A stretch of 64,000 nucleotides of DNA from Candidatus Woesearchaeota archaeon (lineage in GTDB: Archaea > Nanobdellota > Nanobdellia > Woesearchaeales > GW2011-AR4): the NCBI GenBank assembly GCA_016188245.1, contig JACPIE010000013.1:21058-85057 (forward strand), in the 5' to 3' direction. Shown here in pieces: positions 40,280-47,772 of the stretch; the first letter of the stretch is position 1, and the number at the start of each line of letters is the position of its first letter. The notes under the pieces are model-generated. The model searched no databases. It had not been told where the DNA came from and was given only the letters and a program-made list of their open reading frames with translations. Both the position numbers and the translations under genes were made by a program.

Positions 40280-42583
40280 TCACATCCTGCTATGGAAATC
40301 CATCCTCTTGATATGCCTTTTCATCCACTCATTCCAGTCAAAAAATATCCTTTTTGAATCCAAAGTTCCAATTTCTTCCCTGATTTTCTCAGATATCTTG
40401 TGGAATTGGTCGTTGCTTTGTATGACAAAATCTGCTTCCAGCAGCTCCAGATTGTTTGTCTTGCTCGCAAAATCAACAAGGGATTTTTTGATATTGGCCC
40501 TCAGCATGATATTATCCCAAACGGCGTCCCAGTCTCCGGCCCATTCTTTCACATTCCCGGCAATTGCCTTCAAAATCTCGGAATCCCCATTTATAAGCTC
40601 CTCGCTTGCTTCAAGCTCGTCTTTTTTTGAGCTGTATTTCATAAGGTCGACAAATCCCTTTTCCACAAGAGGGTCCTGCTCCCATTGTTTTCTGACTTCT
40701 GTTATTTGAGTGACTCTTCTCCACCTGTGAAGCCCGTCTGCGCTTCTGACAGGATTTGCCACAATAACCACGTCTGTTGCTTTGAAGCTTGTCCTTGGCA
40801 CTCCCAAGTCATTGACCACCCTGTCAAAAACCCCATATGGGGAATCCCCATGGATTGTGCCTGCAACTACATTTGCCAACGCGCCAATTCTCATCGCCTC
40901 GTACAATGCAAGCGCTTCCTTGCTTCTTATCTCTCCGATTATAAGGGCAGAATCTCCCATCCTCAACGTTGTCCTTATGCCTTCGTCAGCAGGCACTTCG
41001 CTCGTTCCTTTTGTTAAGGCAGCAGCGACTTTCATTGACTGGATGTTGTAACCAAGCTTTCTTAATGAATTTGTAGGAAGTTCGAGCGTGTCCTCTATAG
41101 TAATCACACGATATTTTCTCATCAGTTCTACCAGCACCGCTCCAAGCAGGCTTGTTTTGCCAGCGCTTCTTGTGCCTGCAATCAGCAAAGACCTTGAGCC
41201 GTCAATCAAAAAGCTCATGATGCCTGCTGCCAGCGGATTGATCATCTTTTTCTGCATGAACAAAGGCAAAGTCCACGGCTTGTCACGATGCCTCCTAAAT
41301 GCAAAAGCCAAGCCTGATGGGTTCAAAGGAGGCGCAACAACAGCTATTCTTGAATTTGCGCCGGGAATCGTGAGCTCTGTGTCGAGAATAGGGTTTGCTT
41401 CATCCAATGGCCTTCCGGAAATAAGCCTTAGCTTTGATGCCCATGACTCGGATTCCGGCATTGTCGGGATGATGTTGGTCTTGCAGTCTGAATAATCCTG
41501 ATGCACTATGAACATTGGAGTCTCGCCAAGAGGGGAGTTTATTGTTATGTCCTGCACTTTCTCATCCTGCAAAAGCACTTCAATAAGCCCAAATCCTACA
41601 GTATACCTTACAAGAATCTTGGTCATCTCGTCTATTTCAGATGACGGAATTTTTAAATTTCTGTAATTAACAAGCTCTTCAATCATGTCATATCCAATAT
41701 TGTAGAAAACCTGCCTCATCCTCTCAGGATCGATAAACTCTTGCCTTGTCGGCTTGTGCTCCGCCATTATTTTCCTTGCCGTGTCCAGTATTTCATATTT
41801 TTCCTCGCTCAGCTTGAATTCAGGAGGGATTAAATGGTAGAGATACTGGACATTGTCCGGCAGCTCAAAAATAGTGACCTCTGTGTTCTTATCAAGATTG
41901 TAGCTGTCAATCTCCTCCCCTTCAGGAGGAAAAGAAGCCATGAGCTTTGTGAACATAAAATCCGGCCTTATATCCGGAGTGAATATTCTCCTGTAAACAG
42001 AGCGGTCATCAAGCTTGTAGCCGGACAGGTATTGCTTTGCCGCATCAATAAGCTTGGTCTTTTCAAGCAGGCCCATCAGGTATTGAAGAATTGAGATGTA
42101 GTTTCTTGCGCAGCTTATGTAGTTCTGGTCAAGTGTCCTGTCAATCCTTATCCTTTCATCTCGGGCATTCCGCTTAAGCTCGACATAAGCCCCAATGGGG
42201 TCTCTTTTCAGCAGGTCTGCTGTCAGGTTTTGCAGTGTTGAATACCACTGCGCAGCCCATTTTGTGCATTTTGGGTCGGCAAGCAGGCTTGAATACCCCA
42301 TCATGTCTCTTTTTTTTGTCAGTTGGGAATAAATCTTTGCAATTTCCTGGATCATAATGGTCTGGTTGTAGTCATACTCATAATTTCTTTTTTGGGCATA
42401 AACGATCTTTGTGGCTCCCGTAGTTTCAGAAAGTATGTCTATAGTCCTTGACATGCACACAGGATCATCTTCCAAAGAAGGGATATGGAGGTATTGCTCC
42501 AAATCAATCATAAGGATTACTTCCTCCCCTTCCCTGAGTGTATCATAAGTGAAGGGCTTTTTCGTCTCACCGAACAGTGCCAT
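40280..42583 (-). CDS. type IV pilus/archaellum-family secretion ATPase (FlaI/PilB/GspE-like)
   Basis: Walker A in LLIAGTRSAGKTSLLGAVL, ITIEDTLEL and IIGEIRSKEA. The ATG at 42583, preceded by AAGAGG, is preferred over the TTG at 42631. Confidence 0.9.
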   Translation of the reverse strand: MALFGETKKPFTYDTLREGEEVILMIDLEQYLHIPSLEDDPVCMSRTIDILSETTGATKIVYAQKRNYEYDYNQTIMIQEIAKIYSQLTKKRDMMGYSSLLADPKCTKWAAQWYSTLQNLTADLLKRDPIGAYVELKRNARDERIRIDRTLDQNYISCARNYISILQYLMGLLEKTKLIDAAKQYLSGYKLDDRSVYRRIFTPDIRPDFMFTKLMASFPPEGEEIDSYNLDKNTEVTIFELPDNVQYLYHLIPPEFKLSEEKYEILDTARKIMAEHKPTRQEFIDPERMRQVFYNIGYDMIEELVNYRNLKIPSSEIDEMTKILVRYTVGFGLIEVLLQDEKVQDITINSPLGETPMFIVHQDYSDCKTNIIPTMPESESWASKLRLISGRPLDEANPILDTELTIPGANSRIAVVAPPLNPSGLAFAFRRHRDKPWTLPLFMQKKMINPLAAGIMSFLIDGSRSLLIAGTRSAGKTSLLGAVLVELMRKYRVITIEDTLELPTNSLRKLGYNIQSMKVAAALTKGTSEVPADEGIRTTLRMGDSALIIGEIRSKEALALYEAMRIGALANVVAGTIHGDSPYGVFDRVVNDLGVPRTSFKATDVVIVANPVRSADGLHRWRRVTQITEVRKQWEQDPLVEKGFVDLMKYSSKKDELEASEELINGDSEILKAIAGNVKEWAGDWDAVWDNIMLRANIKKSLVDFASKTNNLELLEADFVIQSNDQFHKISEKIREEIGTLDSKRIFFDWNEWMKRHIKRMDFHSRM

Positions 42584-42631
42584 TGCAGCCTCTTTTTTTG
42601 AATTATTAAGTTTAATTTGTTGGTTCTTCAA

Positions 42632-42745
42632 TCCGCTCGCTTCGCTCGCAAACCCTAGTGCTCGGGTGACATGCGAAAGCTCGCTTATGTCAGCGCTGTC
42701 CTACCACATCGCGACAACTCGCCTATATATTTACAACGGATTACT
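42632..42745. other. GC-rich island with GCTCGC repeats and a 10-bp hairpin (candidate leader RNA or operator cluster)
   Basis: Visibly more GC-rich than its surroundings. GCTCGC occurs at 42635, 42644 and 42679, and ACTCGC at 42717. A hairpin pairs TGACATGCGA with TCGC..ATGTCA across 42667-42692. A terminal inverted repeat pairs AATCCG (42630-35) with CGGATT (42737-42). Confidence 0.4.
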
Positions 42746-42823
42746 TTTATCATTTAATACTTAACAAAGTCGTTCTTTGTTTTTTTGAATTTTTTTTATT
42801 TTTTAATGTTTTATTTGATTGCA

Positions 42824-42964
42824 TCATTTTTTATTTGCCTTGAGCAGCTCAATCGCAACTTCAATAAGATGGGATTTGTTCCTGTATTTCCTGGTGTCGT
42901 TAAGCTCTTTACCAATCCAGCTTATCAGCTGCTCATCAATCGTTGCGCTTATTGGCTTTTTCAT
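42824..42964 (-). CDS. ribbon-helix-helix (CopG/MetJ-like) small DNA-binding protein
   Basis: 46 aa, not in the ORF track: MKKPISATIDEQLISWIGKELNDTRKYRNKSHLIEVAIELLKANKK. Shows the beta strand then helix-helix pattern of RHH proteins. Confidence 0.6.
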   Translation of the reverse strand: MKKPISATIDEQLISWIGKELNDTRKYRNKSHLIEVAIELLKANKK

Positions 42965-43120
42965 TTATAACATAATATATATTTAATATATTTTCTATAG
43001 GCCATATTAGTTTATAATATAAGTTGTATTTAAAATTTGCGATTATTGCGCCCGCATGGTGCAAATGACAAAGTTTAAATAAATCATAAAAAGATGAAGT
43101 TAAAAAAAGAGGTTAAATTC

Positions 43121-43582
43121 ATGGAAGCTCAGCAGCCATTACCACCACCGCCAAAAAAGCATGAAAGCATGATGAAATTCGGGCATGCGCAGCAGCAGGA
43201 AGCGCCTGATTTCAGCGGAATAACAACCGATGTTAATACATTAAGCAGGCGCTTAAGGCTTCTGGAAGAGGGATTCACCAACCTACGGAGATTCTTTCAG
43301 GTGACTGAAGAGAATGCCATAGCCAAGAACAAGCATTTTTCTGCCGAAATCAAGACAATCTCATCTGATATCATGGAGATGAGGAAAGAAATCCAGGAAT
43401 TGAGGGACAAGCTGGTGTTTGTGGTAAGGGAGCTGCAGACAGTTGCAAGAAAAGAAGAAGTCAAAGTGCTTGAAAAGTACATCAACCTCTGGAATCCCAT
43501 GAAGTTTGTGACTCAAAATGAGATAGAGCAGATAATAAATGAATTTCTTGAAAAGAAAGATTCAGCAAAAAAAGAAGGCTAA
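43121..43582 (+). CDS. coiled-coil protein, unknown function
   Basis: The ATG at 43121 is preceded by AGAGGT. Pro-rich N-terminus followed by a long heptad-like helix. Confidence 0.5.
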   Translation: MEAQQPLPPPPKKHESMMKFGHAQQQEAPDFSGITTDVNTLSRRLRLLEEGFTNLRRFFQVTEENAIAKNKHFSAEIKTISSDIMEMRKEIQELRDKLVFVVRELQTVARKEEVKVLEKYINLWNPMKFVTQNEIEQIINEFLEKKDSAKKEG

Positions 43583-43636
43583 TAGAAAGTTTTAAATAGA
43601 TTTATCTAAAATTTAACCCTAAAAGAGAGGTGCTAG

Positions 43637-44338
43637 ATGGCTTTCTTTAAGTTCGGAAAAAAGAAAAAAGAGGATCAGTTAGACACGCCAATGCCTTCTC
43701 CAGAAATTCAGGCTCAAGCACCTTCATCCCCAATAGAGCAGGTCCTCATGATGAAGCAGCAAGGCTATACAAATAACCAGATTGTACAGACGCTGCAGAG
43801 CCAAGGCTATAACACCAACCAAATATTTGATGCCATAAACCAGGCCGGATTAAGCGGCGGCTTTGAGGCAATGCCTGAGCAAGCACCGCTTGAAACAGGA
43901 ATGCAGGATTACGGGCAAAGCTATGAGCAGCAGCAACAGCAGCCTTACCAGCAGCAGTACCAGTTCCAGCCGACTCCTCCTGAAATAAAAGCTCCAGCTT
44001 CAATAGATGAAGAAAGGATACAGGAAGTGGCAGAAGCAGTCATAGATGAGAAATGGGAAGCCTTCGCCAAAGACATAAGGAAAGTGATTGAATGGAAAGA
44101 AAGCAGCGAAAACAGGCTTTCAAAGATAGAGCAGCAGATGATTGACTTAAGGTTGAGCATTGACTCATTGACAAAAAGCATGATAACAAAGATTTCTGCC
44201 TATGACCAGAACATTGTTGATGTCGGCACTGAAATAAAGGCCATGGAAAAAGTGTTCCAGAAAGTGCTTCCTAATCTTACGGAAAGCGTCAACAAGCTCG
44301 ACAGGATGACGAAAGGGGCAAGCCCGCAGAAGAAATAA
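43637..44338 (+). CDS. GY-helical domain, Q-rich linker and coiled-coil protein
   Basis: 233 aa with SD GAGAGGTG. QGYTNNQIVQTLQSQGYNTNQIFDAINQA resembles the tail and head domains of the 22310 and 23116 proteins. Has a QQQQQPYQQQYQ linker and a C-terminal coiled coil. Confidence 0.55.
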   Translation: MAFFKFGKKKKEDQLDTPMPSPEIQAQAPSSPIEQVLMMKQQGYTNNQIVQTLQSQGYNTNQIFDAINQAGLSGGFEAMPEQAPLETGMQDYGQSYEQQQQQPYQQQYQFQPTPPEIKAPASIDEERIQEVAEAVIDEKWEAFAKDIRKVIEWKESSENRLSKIEQQMIDLRLSIDSLTKSMITKISAYDQNIVDVGTEIKAMEKVFQKVLPNLTESVNKLDRMTKGASPQKK

Positions 44339-44358
44339 AACAAATTTATTCTTTATTT

Positions 44359-44811
44359 TTATGCAGGTTTCAATTTCGCTTTTGCTTCTTCAACAAATGC
44401 TTTGAGAATTTCGTGGCCTTTGGTAAAGTCGGGATCGCTGTGTAGAGACACAAATTTATGATGCTCCCCCCGTATCTTAATAGTGATTGGGCACACAACA
44501 TAAAGTGTTTGGCCACTCATTGCTGACATTGAACCTTGATGCTGCTCTACACGATAACTTGCAGATAAAACTCCATTATCATTATTTACAGAATAATCAT
44601 TTACCCTTATATCTCCTTCAACATGCTTTGAAGTAAACTGTGCCAGATAAAGTGCAACCTTACCTATATCTCCTCTATCATCATTTGGTGATTTTGTGTC
44701 TATAGGAACTCGCACAAAACTACCTATATTTGTATCTTCAATAAATTCAATTCCACTAACATCTATGCTTGCAGGCAATACTCCAACATATTCAGAGTCT
44801 TGAGTCATCAT
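44359..44811 (-). CDS. hypothetical protein
   Basis: About 150 aa. ATG at 44811 is preferred over the TTG at 44817. Last gene of the minus-strand string that contains the three paralogous membrane proteins. Confidence 0.5.
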   Translation of the reverse strand: MMTQDSEYVGVLPASIDVSGIEFIEDTNIGSFVRVPIDTKSPNDDRGDIGKVALYLAQFTSKHVEGDIRVNDYSVNNDNGVLSASYRVEQHQGSMSAMSGQTLYVVCPITIKIRGEHHKFVSLHSDPDFTKGHEILKAFVEEAKAKLKPA

Positions 44812-44844
44812 TACCAATCTCTGTTTTTTTAAACATGATGATTA

Positions 44845-45345
44845 TTACGCGCTTTTGCTTGCCAGCAGGGCAATAGTAAAAACAGCTATAGCAAATACAA
44901 GGATTGTTCCCAGGAATGTAGGATGGAAAATCAGGTTTATTGTTTTTGAAAGGTCTGTCTGCACTTCCGAAGGCACGTCAATCTGCTCCCTTATTTTCAC
45001 TCCGGCAGAAACAATTATTATTAGGACTATGAATACCAGCATCACTCCCTTCAATGCAGGAAAAGAATTTGCGCCTGCCCCAAACATATGTGAGGCGACA
45101 GATATAATCACCACAAAGAGGAAGCCCACTGCTATGAAAGGGGCAATGTCAGCCACAATGCTTGTCGCAATCTGGGATGTCAAGACAAATATAGCCAAGA
45201 GCAGCCCCACAAGGGCATGAATGAACTTGTTGTCCCCCAAAACCTTGACCCAAGATAATACTGCGAACACCACAAGCCAGACAAAAATAAAGACAAAAAT
45301 GCTTGAGAAATATGCCAAGCCGGTCACGTCTAAAAAAGTTGCCAT
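44845..45345 (-). CDS. membrane protein, divergent paralog 3 of a tandem trio
   Basis: 166 aa with 4-5 TM helices. VFIFVWLVVFAVLSWVKVLGDNKF aligns with the LPFLL..AIL.KTK.LG block of its neighbours. Confidence 0.55.
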   Translation of the reverse strand: MATFLDVTGLAYFSSIFVFIFVWLVVFAVLSWVKVLGDNKFIHALVGLLLAIFVLTSQIATSIVADIAPFIAVGFLFVVIISVASHMFGAGANSFPALKGVMLVFIVLIIIVSAGVKIREQIDVPSEVQTDLSKTINLIFHPTFLGTILVFAIAVFTIALLASKSA

Positions 45346-45346
45346 C

Positions 45347-45949
45347 TTACTTCTTTCCGAAAAGCTTGCTGAAATCCATCCCCATTCTGTTCATTATTGT
45401 CCTGTCTTCCCTGTCTTTTGAGTCGCTTGTAATCCACGCAATGATTAGTCCAAAAACAACAAGCATGATGAATATTGCCACTCCTTCTGTGCCGAAAAAA
45501 TTTTCCAGGGTCTGCCCAAATCCTGAATCCCACCAGCCTGCTGAGCCTCCAAAAATCAATACAATAATAACTAATGAGCCAATTGTAATCCATCCCGGCA
45601 TTGTCAATCCCAAAAACACATAATCCTGCCCAAACACACCTATCATTATAAGCAGGAACACAACCGCAACAAGCACAATTGAAATTTGTGGCAATGCATC
45701 ATTTATTATAAGCACGGGGTCAGAGTCTGCAGGAAACCTTCCTGTGACGTGGGGTATAACAACCAACAATCCAACAACAACTGCGATGATTACATTGAGA
45801 TTTTTCTTTCCCTCGCCAAGAATTTTCGTTTTTTGAAGTATCGCATACAGAATGACAAAAATCAGCAAAAAAGGCAGCATTACATCTGTCAATCCCCATC
45901 TTTCCAGTGTCCTTACAAAGCCTTCAAGCTGTAATGCCTCTGAAGCCAT
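45347..45949 (-). CDS. membrane protein, paralog 2 of a tandem trio
   Basis: 200 aa. Has WGLTDVMLPFLLIFVILYAILQKTKILGEGKKNLNVIIAVVVGLLVV. Confidence 0.6.
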   Translation of the reverse strand: MASEALQLEGFVRTLERWGLTDVMLPFLLIFVILYAILQKTKILGEGKKNLNVIIAVVVGLLVVIPHVTGRFPADSDPVLIINDALPQISIVLVAVVFLLIMIGVFGQDYVFLGLTMPGWITIGSLVIIVLIFGGSAGWWDSGFGQTLENFFGTEGVAIFIMLVVFGLIIAWITSDSKDREDRTIMNRMGMDFSKLFGKK

Positions 45950-45984
45950 TTTTTACCTCTTTGGGAATATTCTTTGGATGTTAG

Positions 45985-45992
45985 TATTTAAA
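45985..45992 (-). promoter_or_regulatory. TATA-like element (TTTAAATA on minus strand)
   Basis: Lies 36-43 nt upstream of the ATG at 45949. Confidence 0.4.
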
Positions 45993-45994
45993 TC

Positions 45995-46552
45995 TTATGA
46001 ATGTTTTGCCGGGGCTGAATCTTTTGTTGCGTAAATTATGAACAGGACTATCAATGCCAGCAGCACAATCGAGCCGGTCATTTCGTCCCCGCCAGTGCCT
46101 GTAAAATCAAACACTCTCTGCAGCCATGTCCTTCCGTCAGGGCCTTTTATTGCATCGAGAAAAATTCCGATGATTGCCACGAAAACTATGATCATGAAGA
46201 CTATCTTCCATCCCCCCTCAAGAAAAACCGGCTCGCCTTCCTTGTAAAAAGAGCCGACCAAAAGCAGGAATAAAACTGAAAGGAACAGTACAATTACGGC
46301 ATTTGCCGATACTTTTGTTATTATCTCTACCAGCTGCGATGAAGCCACAACCAAAAACGCAATGACAAATGCTGCAATCGCATTCAGGTTCTTTTTCGTG
46401 TATTTCTTGCCGTCAATATCCTCTGTGCCAAGCACTTTTGTCTTTTCAAGTATGGCAAAAACAATCGTGAAAACGAGCAGGAAAGGAAGCACAACATCAA
46501 ATAAGCCGATGCTGTCAAAGAATTCTATCACCTCTCTAAAAGGGCTGGCCAT
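45995..46552 (-). CDS. membrane protein, paralog 1 of a tandem trio
   Basis: 185 aa. Has IGLFDVVLPFLLVFTIVFAILEKTKVLGTEDIDGKKYTKKNLNAIAAFVIAFLVV. Confidence 0.6.
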   Translation of the reverse strand: MASPFREVIEFFDSIGLFDVVLPFLLVFTIVFAILEKTKVLGTEDIDGKKYTKKNLNAIAAFVIAFLVVASSQLVEIITKVSANAVIVLFLSVLFLLLVGSFYKEGEPVFLEGGWKIVFMIIVFVAIIGIFLDAIKGPDGRTWLQRVFDFTGTGGDEMTGSIVLLALIVLFIIYATKDSAPAKHS

Positions 46553-46574
46553 AATGTTTTAAGGCTGAACGTGA

Positions 46575-46582
46575 TATTTAAA
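46575..46582 (-). promoter_or_regulatory. archaeal TATA box (TTTAAATA on minus strand)
   Basis: Lies 23-30 nt upstream of the ATG at 46552. Confidence 0.45.
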
Positions 46583-46647
46583 CTTTTTGTTTTTTGAGTC
46601 TGAAAATGCCCACAAACATTTATAAACATGGCTGGCAAATCAAAACT

Positions 46648-47217
46648 ATGCTCAACAAAAATGAATTTGACAAAATAAGGGAAGAAATGCACAGGCTGGA
46701 CCTCCAAAGGGAAGATGTTATCCAGACGTCAAGGGATGTAATCCACATCTCAAAGCAGATAATATATGCTGCGCAAAGAAATGAAATGGAAACAGCAGCC
46801 TCTTCAATCAAGGCAATAAAAGGCAAGATCAAAAAATTAAAAAAATTCAGGATACCCAATGACACCAATATCAATGCTGTCGCTTTCCAGGAATATGTCG
46901 AGGCAATTTCCTTCTACGAGTTTGTGAAAAACAAAAAAATACCTACAAGGCAGAGTTTGGGAGTCCCTGCTGAAGACTATTTAAGCGGGCTTTGCGACCT
47001 GACAGGAGAGCTGGTAAGGAAAGCCGTCTATGATGTGATACACAAGAAGTTTGACGAAGCAGAAAGGATAAAGGAATTGGTTCACGATATTTATGGTGAG
47101 TTTTTGAAACTTCATTTAAGAAATGGTGAATTAAGGAAAAAATCCGATTCAATCAAATGGAACCTAAAGAAGCTTGAAGAAGTGATGTATGATATTTCTA
47201 TGAAAGGAAGGCATTAG
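46648..47217 (+). CDS. translin-family nucleic-acid-binding protein
   Basis: DYLSGLCDLTGELVRKAV is the translin Y..G..D.TGEL.R signature, within an all-helical protein. ATG at 46648 is preferred. Confidence 0.72.
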   Translation: MLNKNEFDKIREEMHRLDLQREDVIQTSRDVIHISKQIIYAAQRNEMETAASSIKAIKGKIKKLKKFRIPNDTNINAVAFQEYVEAISFYEFVKNKKIPTRQSLGVPAEDYLSGLCDLTGELVRKAVYDVIHKKFDEAERIKELVHDIYGEFLKLHLRNGELRKKSDSIKWNLKKLEEVMYDISMKGRH

Positions 47218-47332
47218 ATTTTTAAGTTTCTTCAATAGTTTTAAATAAAGAAAATCAAAAATTTTCGAATTTAAAATTCTGAAATCGAAGTTATCAATAA
47301 TTTTAAATACCTTCTTCAAATCCTTTTGATTT

Positions 47333-47728
47333 ATGGGGATAGAAAGGACAATTGCCGCACTAGCTAGTGCATTCTTAATCGGCATTAATCCCGGAATTGC
47401 AAATCCGCAATCTTTATCAAAAATACCTTTGGAAGCCATACCGCTTGCCCAAAGAGGGTTTAACCATTATAATTCAATACACAGAGATTGGAAAATCCCC
47501 ATACCGAAGTCGAAAAAAGTAGAATCAATTTCCGAATCTGTCTTTTATTATCGTATAAATGGAAGTGTTGTAATAGAATATGTAAGAAATGGCAAGGTTG
47601 CAGATGCTTTTATATGCAGCCCGTCATCTGTTCTCAGATATTATGCAAACAATGGCCCAAAAGGATTTGAAGATGAAAGCCCTGAACCGAATCCAAGCTG
47701 CAATCAAAATGATTTTGCAAAGCCTTAG
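47333..47728 (+). CDS. small secreted protein, unknown function
   Basis: 131 aa. Signal-like IAALASAFLIGINPGIANP. Confidence 0.45.
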   Translation: MGIERTIAALASAFLIGINPGIANPQSLSKIPLEAIPLAQRGFNHYNSIHRDWKIPIPKSKKVESISESVFYYRINGSVVIEYVRNGKVADAFICSPSSVLRYYANNGPKGFEDESPEPNPSCNQNDFAKP

Positions 47729-47772
47729 TTTACCAAATAAATTTATATAACTTCTATTAAATCCATGATATT

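Noticed and set aside
42632-42745. The GC-rich island as 5S rRNA, a tRNA or tRNA half, or a C/D-box sRNA.
   Set aside because: No T-loop (GTTCRAATC), no 5S loop motifs that I could recognise, and no properly placed C (RUGAUGA) and D (CUGA) box pair on either strand.
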